NCBI RefSeq assembly: GCF_001194135.2
Contig: NC_068990.1
Span: forward strand, 19,863,330-19,927,329
DNA from: Octopus bimaculoides
Taxonomy: Eukaryota
Reading direction: 5' to 3'
Length of the DNA: 64,000 bases
A model generated the notes under the pieces. It was not told where the DNA came from and searched no databases. It was given only the letters and a program-made list of their open reading frames with translations. Below, piece by piece: positions 39,834 through 52,373 of the stretch (the stretch's first letter is position 1; the number at the start of each line of letters is the position of its first letter). A program made the translations under genes and the position numbers.

Positions 39834-41898
39834 NNNNNNNNNNNNNNNNNNNNNNNNNNNNNNNNNNNNNNNNNNNNNNNNNNNNNNNNNNNNNNNNNNN
39901 NNNNNNNNNNNNNNNNNNNNNNNNNNNNNNNNNNNNNNNNNNNNNNNNNNNNNNNNNNNNNNNNNNNNNNNNNNNNNNNNNNNNNNNNNNNNNNNNNNNN
40001 NNNNNNNNNNNNNNNNNNNNNNNNNNNNNNNNNNNNNNNNNNNNNNNNNNNNNNNNNNNNNNNNNNNNNNNNNNNNNNNNNNNNNNNNNNNNNNNNNNNN
40101 NNNNNNNNNNNNNNNNNNNNNNNNNNNNNNNNNNNNNNNNNNNNNNNNNNNNNNNNNNNNNNNNNNNNNNNNNNNNNNNNNNNNNNNNNNNNNNNNNNNN
40201 NNNNNNNNNNNNNNNNNNNNNNNNNNNNNNNNNNNNNNNNNNNNNNNNNNNNNNNNNNNNNNNNNNNNNNNNNNNNNNNNNNNNNNNNNNNNNNNNNNNN
40301 NNNNNNNNNNNNNNNNNNNNNNNNNNNNNNNNNNNNNNNNNNTATATATATATATATATTCTATATATATTCTATGTTGTAAGAATAGACTTAGAGAGAA
40401 CGGAAAATATCATACACGGCTGAGATAGTCCTTCCTCTGTTATCACTGAATAAAATCAAAAATGTGTAGAGCCAGAATGTTTACCGTCTGACGGTCTCAT
40501 TTAAGAGAAGCATAACAATAGAATACAATTGAATATTCATTTTCGTGGTCCGTTAATACATATTTATAATAATATCACGAGGTCCGAAATTTAAATAAAT
40601 TTGATTTGTTGAATCTGTGGTTCATTTTACCTATACCGATACTATGATAATCGAGGTTGAAGGGGCTTACAGGTAGACTCATGTGTATGCCTTCAGATCA
40701 CATTACTATCTAACATCCTGTCCTGGAATCTCTGTACAAAAGTTCAACGTAACAGTTTTTCTACATCATCTAGGGCTACTATGGTAGCCTCGGCCATCGG
40801 AAACCAACTCCAGGGAAACATTCCTGAGACATTTATTTCTCCTTCAACATGGAGCCACATTGCATTATGTTCCCCAAGCTCTACAGTATTCCCTTATCCC
40901 AGATCTTTTTTTCTCAGAGTGAGAAACCTCTTTGCATCCGTTATTGTTTACGCTTATTCTTGCAAATATTCATAGACTGATAGGCAAAGACACAAAACAA
41001 ACATTAAGGTGGTTTATAATGTATTTTTGTCCAGAAGGTTCTACAAAAGTACCAGAAATATAAACGCACTTTATGTGAAATACAATTTGAGACGAAAGTG
41101 TATATGTCTTCGAGAAGAGCAAGTGATGCTTTCCACATTTGCACGATACTAAAGATTAATAGCACTCACAATATTTCACACAATGTTATTTAAATCTACG
41201 ATTAAGTATTTCTCACATGAATATATGCAAGTCAATAATATTATATATATAAAATTTCGTTGTGAACGTATTGTTTATAGATATATATGAGTATATACAT
41301 ATTTCTCAATGGCGATTTTATTGATTAAATGTACTCTTTAGTATTTCAAGATATTTTTTATGTAATTTGGGGAAATATATATGTTAAAATGAGATATCAG
41401 ATATCAGATATTTTCATTTCTGGGTAATTTAGACGACAGTTTATTCACCGCACTCTGTATATATGTTTGTATGTATGTATTTATATATATATATGTATTT
41501 ATACATATCTATCTATCTATATTTATCTACCTATCTGTCTCTTTATCTATATACATATATAAATTAAAAGGGTAAAGGATTATCAATTTATTAATTAATA
41601 AATCAATTAATAATTAATAATTTTTACCAAGCTTTTTTAGCTGCTATTTTCTGAACTTCGGTATATGGTGAAGCAAATATTTTGCTGATCCCTTAATTAT
41701 ATTTATATACATATATATATATATTTGTATATATACATAGAAATAGATAGATAGATATATGCGTGTATGTGTGTAACTAAGTTTCGTGTATGTATGCATC
41801 TTTGAGGGGTATGTTTACATATGTAGAAAAATTGATAAATACATTGATAGGTTGATTGATATGGTTGTCATGGAGAAAGGAGAGAACAAAACAAAAGA

Positions 41899-41902
<4 letters not shown>

Positions 41903-41990
<88 letters not shown>
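41903..41990. repeat. (GA)n microsatellite
   Basis: The repeat is directly visible. Confidence 0.95.
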
Positions 41991-41993
<3 letters not shown>

Positions 41994-42164
41994 AGAGAGA
42001 CAATGTTAGAAAACGGAATATCTTATACATTTAGTGCAACCCGTAAAAATGGGAAGTGACTGTTATGCCTTAATCGTCATCGGAAATTATTACTTCCAAG
42101 ACGCGTGTGATGTTCAAAATGTTATGATGAAGGCAAGTATAACACAGTACCTACACATGTTTGG

Positions 42165-42672
42165 TGAGCTAACAGAATCGTTAGCACGTCGGGCGATATC
42201 TTAGTGGTATTTCGTCTGTCTCTACGTTCTGAGTTCAAATCGCAGCGAGGTCGACTTTCCAGTTCTATATTGAAGAGATGAGGAATTATGCACATTATTT
42301 ACATTATTTACATTTGACGGGCATATAGCGTAGTGTTTAAGAGTGCGGGTTACTAACCCCAAAATTCCGAGTTCGATTCCAAGCAGTGACATGAGTAATA
42401 ATAACAACATCGAAAAATACCTTAAGAATGAGAACCCAAGTTCAAAATTTCCCTAAGACACCTGATGAAGGCTGGAGGGTATAGCAGCCAAAAGTTCGTG
42501 TAAACAACAAAGATGAGGACAAATAGCCATCTAATTTAAATAATGGAGGTCGACTTTGCCCTTCATCCTTTCGGGGTCGATGAATAAAGTACCAGTTGCG
42601 TACTGGTGACGATCTAATCGACTACCCCCTTCCCCCCAAATTTCGGGCCTTGTGCCTAGAGTAGAAAAGAAT
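42165..42672 (+). mobile_element. SINE family A split by a nested family C insertion
   Basis: The 5' half is 42165-42258 and the 3' half is 42546-42672. The 12-mer gaggtcgacttt is duplicated at both junctions. Confidence 0.85.
42259..42545 (+). mobile_element. Family C element: inverted 3' segment, tRNA-like head and hammerhead-like motif
   Basis: It has an A-box-like tagcgtagtgt (42326-42336), a B-box gagttcgattcc (42369-42380), CTGATGA (42462-42468) and a GGCTG/CAGCC stem. Positions 42300-42320 are the exact reverse complement of 28347-28367. Confidence 0.75.
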
Positions 42673-43095
42673 AAATTACAAGTTATTATAATAATAAGCG
42701 TATTGTTGCCCCTTCACCCTGAAAATCTGGTTAGACTTCAACAAAGGAATCCATCAGCATTAAATTAAATGACGGATTAGATCTACCCCCCTTTTCTGAT
42801 GCTTAGCGGCATTTCGCCCACTCTTACGATCTGAATTGAAATTCCTCCAAGGTCGATGGCATACGTTAGAATGTTCGATCTACCCAACCTCACTCTTTAG
42901 GCTCGAATGAAAAACCACTTGATGTGTGACCCAATATGGTAGAATATTTGACCGAAAAAAAAATGTTAATTCAAACTTTTAAATACATGCCTACAAAAAT
43001 CCAAAATAGACTCAAACGAATTAGATTGAATGGATGAAAAACTTTTCGTATACAAATATAAATCTTCCTTCTTACTGTCAGTATTTAAAGTAGCT

Positions 43096-43197
43096 TAAGG
43101 CGACGTGCTGGCAGAATCGTTAGCACGCCGGACAAAATGCGTAGCGGCATTTTGCCCACCATTACAGTCCGAGTTGAAATTCCTCCCAAGTCGATTC
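43096..43197 (+). mobile_element. SINE family A, 5' half
   Basis: It begins ttaaggcgacgtgctggcagaatcgttagcacgccggacaaaatgcgtagcggc. Confidence 0.8.
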
Positions 43198-43214
43198 TAT
43201 ATAAATATAATGAT

Positions 43215-43435
43215 GATTTCAAATTTTGCCACAAGCTAAAGGCGGTTTAAAATCAATTACATCGGCCCCAGTGATCAAAGTGTTCTTCCTTTATCGACCT
43301 CGAAAGCGTAAAAAAGCAAAGTCGACCTCGGTGGAACTTGAACTTAGAACGTAAAGACGGACGAAACGCCGCACCACGAACTGTCGCTAAACAGTTTCCC
43401 TGGCGTGCTAAAGACACAACAAACTCGCTGCTTCA
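43215..43435 (-). mobile_element. SINE family A, degenerate
   Basis: It contains gcaaagtcgacctcggtggaacttgaacttagaacgtaaagacggacgaaa. Confidence 0.75.
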
Positions 43436-44286
43436 ATGGTTACTATATATAATGCAAATTTCATTGCAGTAGTACTAACAGTGACAGTAGTTGCAGTAGA
43501 AGCGATGTATGTTGTCATTGTTGTTGGAACCAATGAAGTTGTTCTTGTTAGTTTTTTTTTTTTTTATGTGTGTAGTGGTCTTGATGTAGCTGTAGTAGTT
43601 TATTGCCGTCATTTTGAGACGTGTATATTTGTTTGTACAGTCATTATATTTGCTATTGTTATTGATGTTTCTCAAACTGAAGCTGTTTTTACTCTATGTA
43701 ATTACCTTAAATAAGTTTCATGTTAGTTTTAGTATTATTTTTATTATATCTAAACGTAAAAAAAAAAAACGAAAATAAAAAAGAACTCAACTGACCGTAA
43801 CAGTTTTGTCAATGTTCTTCGCTAAATAATAGTGTAGCAGAATCACGAATGTCTACAGTTAGTAGACCGTAGATACTTAATGGTCAATTGACTGCTATTA
43901 TTTTTCTTGTTAGGAACCACGAAATCTATGTATTTCTTTGTACAGTTCTGTAAGTAGTAAGATGTTGCCGCAGCTGAATTCTACTGCTGCTGACGATGAC
44001 GGCTACGACGACGACGATGATGATCATAAGGAGGAGGAGGAAGAGGAGGTTAGGAATAGTAGTAGAAAATGTGGTGGGATGGGGATACAAAGGCGCTGGT
44101 GAAAATACGAAATAAAGGAGCCCATAGCAAAGAACATGAAGTGGAAGAAAAAGTATTCTATTCTAAACTCAAGCAGTGATGATTCACCGAAATGGTTATT
44201 GACATTTTTCTATTTCTGCATTTTGGTTTTACATTTTCTTTCTTCTCTTTATAATCATTATTATTATTGTTGTTGTTATCACCATC

Positions 44287-44344
<58 letters not shown>

Positions 44345-44599
44345 GCACTCGATAGTGATGTATTTTTTTACAAGTCTCTTTGAAATAAATGAGTCAAAGG
44401 ATTTTGCAAGATGAAACAGACTTTTTTTACAAAACATACTCAGATTCAGATAGCTTCATGCAGTTAATCGTATTCCACTACAGAGGCTGTAATATTTTGA
44501 GACACAACTTTACTTTCGCTCGTCACTGACGGCAAATGGCCATGACCAGTACACGCTACGCCTCAGAAAAAATAATATGTTTAGAATAATATATTGCAA

Positions 44600-45400
44600 A
44601 GAACAAAAAATTAATTGCAATACAAAACATTTACAAAATTCAGAAGCTAAAAGAAAACAAGCTTATCTAAACCAGAACAGCAATAACAGCATACATGCTC
44701 GCATTGCTCCTAGTTTTAACACGAATAATGAAGGAATATTTTCGCCAGGATCCTATCGGGAAGAGATCGCTTAATATGAAACATTTTTCAGAAAAATCTA
44801 GCCATGCATATTTCTTTATACTAGATTGGTGCCAGCATTCCAAAATTAATCTCAGAAGATCGTGAGAAGTGAAATATAACTCCTCCATGTCTCGGCAAAC
44901 ATACATTAGTCTATCTTATCCCATTCATACACAAAAAAGAAATAGATCTAGTAGAAATTTCAAGTGAAATATCCTTCATTAGCGTGTACATGTCAATTTA
45001 TATATATGTCGTTTTTAAAACAAGGAGATTGATTGAAAACGTATGCCCATAGAAAAGTGAATGCAACTGTCTATAAGCCCATTCGAAATCATTTGGCAAC
45101 ATCGAACACTAGAGCCACTGCCAAGACCGTCGGTGATGATGTCAACCCGATGTCAACCACTGGCTACCATTTACATTGGTAGGGAAGAGGTCCAGGGTAA
45201 ATTTAGTCTGGAACAATATTTAATCTGATAAGTTCATAAGGAACATGCTCGGCTTCATAAATCTTCAAAACCGCAAAATATACCTAGACTGCGTCTCTAT
45301 AGAAGGTGCTGAGAAGAAGTCCGTAAACCTCAATATCCAGTTATGGAAGGACAGCTGTTTGACGTCTGGTAACAAATCCCACTTAAAACTTTATCTCCAA
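44600..45400 (+). mobile_element. Decayed RTE-like reverse transcriptase remnant
   Basis: RNIFARILSGR resembles KIFARILLNR, ATAKTVGDDVN resembles AA..VGL.VN, and IQLWKDSCL resembles IWKS.L. There are many stops. Confidence 0.4.
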
Positions 45401-47680
45401 AAACCTAAAGAACGAAAGCACACACACAAAAAAAATCAGACAATGATATTTATGGATTCTTTGAGAGCAGCTGGAACTTATGAATCGGTAAATATAATCG
45501 TCTGGAACCAAAACAGAAAGAAAAAAGAAAGAAAAATTACTGGATTATCAATTAGAAAATGATGGCTTTTAGTCGCCAGATCCGCCGGGATACCGAAAAT
45601 ATCTCGATATATTTAGCTTCATTTGCCACATTATTCATACAATTTTTTAACAAGAAGTGATATTCCACATCGTGCTCTTTTGTTCGAGCACATCAGAATG
45701 TAATTATTATTTTTCTTGGAGTCGAATTCTTTTCTAAAATTATTGGTATTTCAATGCAAACATGGGATTCAGATTGCATAGAAAACTAAATAGATTTGTA
45801 CATACTGAGAAAAAGAATGACTCTTCAATTTTCAGAACCCCGTAGCATCTGCTTCTATTAAATTACTTTTATTGGTTTGATTTTAAAGCGCTTTTTAGTT
45901 CAATTGGGATTTCAACATATTTTTCAGCTGGGAAATGAAAATTTAAACGTGCATGATGACATACACTCACTTGATTCATCTGAAGTCAAGTTTGTTGTAA
46001 AACTAGTAAGAATACGTTGACAATTATAATGAAAATGACGATGATGAAGAGAATTCGATATCAATCTTGACAACAAGATGATTAAGCTAATGTTCATACA
46101 GATAACTGGAATAGTTCAACAAAGGAATATTCATTATGTATCTAAATTCGAAAAATAAATAAATAATTGAACGTAGCGTTATATACATTATATAAGCCAG
46201 ACGAACAAGCAGGTAATTGAAATCTGAAATATAATAACCACTACAATGTTTATATAATTATCGCATTCTTTGATAGAAATAAGCCAAATTCCGTTGCAAA
46301 CAGACATTAGAAAATAGATGAGTATTTAAACACATTAGTACTAAACAGACATAAATCAAATTGAATGTTTGTATCGAAACTAAACAATTTAAGTGTTGCA
46401 ATAAGAAATGCTTTCGGCTAGGTCGGGAATTATATAAGTTTTATCTAGCAGAGATTTAGCCAGCAATCTGATTAAGTCATGTGTTATTTTTTCAAATGTT
46501 TACTTAAACATTCATTATTGTTAATCATAATTGATTTGTTCGTTCGAGACATGTTTATCTGAACATACAATAAATAATTTCTTCGAAAACGAGCAATGGA
46601 AATGTTCGACCATTCCTTAACATATTATTAGTTGATAAAAATATTTTCTTGAGATCCATTCTTTCTTTTTCGTCAGACATTACGGTGTTTAAACGGCGCG
46701 GCAGAGGTGAGAAAAAAGATGTTAACAAATTTCATCAATAATTTCGCAGCGAATGTAGTCAGGACAAGCTTTGCTCGAGACAATATTTGTGTTTGGGTGA
46801 GTTCACCAGGAACACGCATGTCCTCAAAACGGCTCATGATGCAAAATAGACATGAACTGTGTGATGCAGAATTAATTTTTCTCTACTCTCACAAACCTTA
46901 AAGAATCGTCAGAATTTTCCTGATTAAGAGATTACTAATGATTAATTCATTTATCCCAGTATGTGCTCGAGGAATAATTGTTTGAAAATTTTGCTTTACT
47001 ATAAGTTTCACTTATATTCGTCAGCGTAGTATGAGATATGGAGGCAGTTGATACTTATCATAAACAACTAAAGTATATATTTACAGCTACATGGTTTAAA
47101 AGTATATAGTCGTTTAGTGTTACATTTATGCAATACATATAGATGTAATGTCAGAAATTTCTAGACTGCCCTTAAGGCGATGAAGGTATTATATAACATT
47201 TTCTTGTTAAGTGGATTTTAGTGTTTCGTTCGGGTTATCTGGTAAAAAAACCTGAACAATGATCTCAGCAGAGGAAGGAGTTCTTATTTTACTATAATTA
47301 TAGATTTTACAAACATATAATTTAGCTGCCATATGGGGATCATAGCAACTTGTTAGAATTTGTGAAATTCTGCCACAAAACAAAATATATTATATAATTA
47401 TAATATATTATAAACTGTAAATTTAAAAAAAAATGTTGCTTGGTATCATTTATTGATTACTTACAATTTCTATTTTTAGATATATTGGACAGAAACAATC
47501 CGACTATTTGGTAAATTATATTTCACCAATTCCGAAAGGTGTCTCAGAAAATTAGCATTTAAACTCATTAAGCGGGAGGGTAGGGTTAAATATTTTATCC
47601 GTTGCTCAGAATATTATTCTATTTCACCATTAAATACACAACTATCTAAACACAGATTTTATTCAGTACTTACAGAAGAC

Positions 47681-47720
<40 letters not shown>

Positions 47721-48436
47721 TATTGTTAAATAATTGTTTGCGTGTTTTTTGCCTTTCATGTCCCGATTTATTAAAATAACAAAGAAAGTGCTACAAATAT
47801 ATCATTTACGTCAATCTCATCAAAAATGAAAAACTGAAGATAAGTTTTTTGTTATTTTAAACAGGATATGAAGTTTCTTCATTGATATGAAATTGTGAAG
47901 CCGCCTTGTAGCGCCATTGATTGAGAAAAGCCGACGTAGTGTTCACTGTTGCAAAAACCACATCAAATATTAGTTATTAAGTAATTTAGCTTTGATCGCT
48001 TTCCAAAGGATTTCCTCGATTTATAGTGACTCTAGTGGTAATAAAATTAATAGCTCTAGTGAAACTAATTCGATACATCTTAAGATTAGCAAATATATGT
48101 ATTCGGAACTAAGAAGCAATATTAATTATATAAATAATAGTTAGTAAGAGGTTTGAATTCAATAATTCAGTTTGCAATGTATATTACAATTATATATATG
48201 TGGTTCCACAATAACCAAGGGAAATATCATTGGCATACAATTAGAATTCTGAAGAACGCTGTATATCTTTAGGCTGAAGTGAAAAATCGATTTTTACTGG
48301 AACAGAATTAATTGATTTCAACTCAAGCACAAAATGGATCTTAGAGATACTAAAACGACACAAGCAAGTCGTTGCAACAATTTTTGGTATTGAATAATGA
48401 CAAGTTTGTAATTGTATCATTAACATTGTCACTTGG

Positions 48437-48660
48437 CAGGGCGGCGAGTTGGCAAGAACGTTAACACACTAGGCAAAATATTCAGCAGCATTTTGTCCGT
48501 CTTCACATTCAGGGTTCAAATTCCGCCGAGGCCGACTTTATCTTTTTTAATTTGGGTATCGATAAAATAAGGACCAGTCGAACATTGGGGTCGATATAAT
48601 CGACTTACCCACTCCACCTGAATTGCTGGCTTTGTGCCAAAATTTGAATTCAATATTATC
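48437..48660 (+). mobile_element. SINE family A, full length
   Basis: It runs from ggcggcgagttggcaagaacgttaac through gttcaaattccgccgagg to tttgtgccaaaatttgaa. Confidence 0.82.
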
Positions 48661-49883
48661 ACTAGACGTAAATCTATTTCCAATGTGCTACTGTAAATTA
48701 ATTCTTCTGTTTACGGCAAATTTTATGCGGATTAATGTATTATATTCACAGTTGTTCATTTTGGTGTTAACTGCAAATATTTATATCATTTAATATTCTA
48801 TTTTTGTGCATTACAATGAGATATCTCACAATATTTGTAGAATTTACGTCTCCTATGACTACTCGATATAGAATTTCTACGTCGATTCAAACTTATATAA
48901 GTTAGAATATCTAACTTCTAATATATTAAGCATTTCACATTCCCTAATGTTACTATTAGCTTTTATTTAAACAATCCCATTTGATCCTTGACGATCTCTG
49001 TCATATTAATGTTTAGACCACTCCAGTCCATCATGTCCATATAATCACTTAATTCAAAGCTTTCAAAGAACACGTTTTCTAAATTTCAACGTGGTTGTTA
49101 CAAAGAAAATTATAAAAAAGGAAAGCGATGAGAAAGTTCACAGTGAACTGCTTAAAAATGTTTCTCTCTGAGCCGGAGCTAGATGTTTGATACTCTTCTA
49201 TATTAAAGAGTGCACCTTCCATACGTAGCTGTTCAATTGCGCATACAAATGAATCGTGTTTTGTTGCCCTTTATTCTTGTGGAAGCAATGGCTCTAGTTC
49301 CCCCCAAATTGTATATTAGACGGTGTTCATCTTATATGATATACTTTTTTTTGCATGTCTTTTTCACAGCGTGTACTTTAAATTAGATGCATTGAGCGCT
49401 TGCAAATCCCGCTCTCCATCCGCGCTCTTTTAAGTTCATGTGAAAGTTGTTATATCAATTAAGAAGGATAATAGTTTCCTGTACAATCCAATTACTGCCT
49501 GAATATCTAGTACAAAGGAAACATTAGTGAACCATTCAACATCTCAATTATTAACCCAAAGCCAGGTCATCATTATCTTTATACATGTCAGTAATCGCTT
49601 TATTCACTATCTTCATTTAAATATTAAGTGGACGCCTCTTTGTCGGTTCAACAGTAGGGATGACCCACACGTGCTCACTTCATCCGTCTTGTATAATAAA
49701 TTATATTTGACAAATGCTCAGGTTTGTTGCTTTTCATTGTTACTACTAGATACGGCGTTCATGATAAGTTTAACGTTTTTCTTCCCGAAAGAAAGGTATC
49801 CTGAATAAAATTTCATGATATAAGTAAATTTTCAGAAGATATATGATTTTCCACATCTTCGAGGACTTTCGTTCAGTATTTCG

Positions 49884-49958
<75 letters not shown>

Positions 49959-52285
49959 AGTAACGTGTAAAACAAGGATAAAACAATTCGTTGTGACATG
50001 TGAGGAGTGATGTATGTTTGAATGAAATAACGAAATAGCATACAAGAGGCAAATAGATTTATATTCTAATGAAGCGGGAGAGGGACTAATGGGTGTGATT
50101 CGTGCAAAATTAGTCAGAAAAGCGATGGAAAAGTGTGATAGTAACAGCAAGAGTCAGCAAAAACTGAACAGGTGGAAGAGAGACAAGAAGTATGAGGTCA
50201 GGAACTGCGAGTAAGGGGTAGAAAACGAGAGCAAGGAAAAAAAAAGGGGGCATTAAACAGACACAGAAAACTCCTTACATCATACGTATTCTCATCCGGA
50301 AACATAAATGTTTCGGCTCTAGAAAGCCCCAATCAGCTAATCTGGATTATAGTTGGTCTCCAGCTCACTACTGTATTTAAAAATTACAACTAAAGGCGAC
50401 AATACAATAGACGGTGTGCAATTTAAACAAGAAGTGGAAACCCGTAAGAAGAAGCTACACAGAGCGACAAATTCAGAAATAAAGTTTTAAGCCTTAACCA
50501 TGAAATCATTCAGCTCTAGACAAAAACAAAACACGTCTCAACGTAGGGGAGAATAGAAATAAACAATACCCATGCATTTTTGTAGTATTTTGTATATGTT
50601 TGAATGTCGTTTGGCATGTGCGTGTTGATGCCTGTCCGCATGTATTTGTACATGTATTCGTGTGCATCCGTATATACAAGTGAATATATGTATGTCTGTG
50701 TCAACTGTTGTTTATGCATATGCGTGTATTTCATTTCAAGATATGTGTATGTATGTTCGGTCAAATTTTGAAGCGTTTAATTCATATAACTTACCGCTCC
50801 AGCATGGTTATACTTCTATAAATCTGTTTAAATTCTGAATGTAAATCTCTGCATGTCAAACACTGTTGTTATTGCTTTTGTATATCAGCACACACGTCAT
50901 TTAAGCAAGAGTTTCGAATAAATCTGCAAACCAGTTACTGTATTGTTTATGACCATATTACCCCACCGTAGTTGATATACCTTTCCTCTTTCCTGTACTA
51001 GTAAATAAAATTATACCATGTACGGCCTTATACCGTTACGTACTCTTTACCAAAAACTGTAGCTTCCAAGTTCTGTAAAGGTTAGTAATCGTTTGGAATT
51101 TCATAGCACAAAGTTTTGAATGTTATCAGATTCAGTTATGTCACTTTCCTAGCAGTAGAATGTTATACATTCCCCTTGGCAATTTCTTTAACTGTATATA
51201 ATGTCTGTATTTAAACTATTTTTATTTTGTTAATATTTTCTGTCAGAATATAATACATTCATAGTAAAAATGCCAATTGTCTAAATTGAGTTGAATTTGT
51301 TTAAACCCCCGGCAAAATATGTCATTAAAAAATATTGCAGCGTCAACAAGAAAATAATTATACGAAACCCAAAGAGCATAATTATTTCACTAAAAACAGT
51401 TGGCTATTCAAGTCGTCGTTTATTTGAAATCTAAGAAAGAAACACTGCAAAGGTTGTAAATATGAATTATTTATTGTTTATATTTAGATGTAAAATATGA
51501 TTATCTTATTCTATTTTACGCACGCACAAAGAATTGACTGAATTAGTAGCGTGACCAGCAAAACGCTTTGTGGTTTTTACGTTCTGATTTCCAATCGACT
51601 GGTGCGGTTTCATCTCTCCAGTGGGGATAATATACACACCAGCGAAGTATTAGGGACGACCTGATCGAAATTTTCTCGATTCTATGCCTGTTAAATGTGA
51701 CGACTGGTTAATATCTTCTCAATAATTACATTCAAATCATCTTTAATTTATTTACGCTTCCTATGTTCGTTTAGCAGTCACTATCTATAATTCATCTGGA
51801 AGCCTAGCCAAACATAATTTGAATTAGTATATAATACTAATTAAATAATTACAATATTGCACTCTGTAGATGTGCATATATGCGCCAGAGGCAGAGTGTG
51901 ATAGCGGGAAAGATTATCATGTCTTACAGGAAAGCTAAGGCCCACTTAAAGCTGGCTAGAGCTCACTCAATTAGGTGTTATCTCTCAACAGTTTGATTGT
52001 CTCAATGAGTACGTGGGACTTAGAGATACAAATAAACTGCACCAAACACAACATCAAACGAAATAAGAAGATAGTCTTTAGGTTGTGGTGCTTGAGTGTA
52101 CAGATCCTGAATACTTTACTGACAGAGAATATCCTGAAGACCAGTGCAACACGAAAGGCAGCAGTGATAAATAACTAGGTGTTAAAACTAAGTAGTCATC
52201 AGAAAACTAAGACAAATCTGGTTGAAACAGGAATCCTACTCGTGGGAGACGCGACAGCATTTCATGGCAGGGAAACGAATGATAA

Positions 52286-52373
52286 TGCAGTCAGTGTATT
52301 ATCAAAACGGTTGTATGATAATACACTGACTGCAATGTGCAAGTGGCTGAGTATACTCAGCCACTTGTACATT
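52286..52373. other. Two adjacent inverted repeats (a 19-bp perfect stem and a 40-bp palindrome)
   Basis: The first is tgcagtcagtgtattatca-aaacggttgta-tgataatacactgactgca. The second is aatgtgcaagtggctgagtatactcagccacttgtacatt. Confidence 0.95.

Noticed and set aside
42320-42390. tRNA-like sequence as a tRNA gene, and likewise at 16560-16636
   Set aside because: There is no complete acceptor stem, and each continues into a repeat body, so these are SINE heads.
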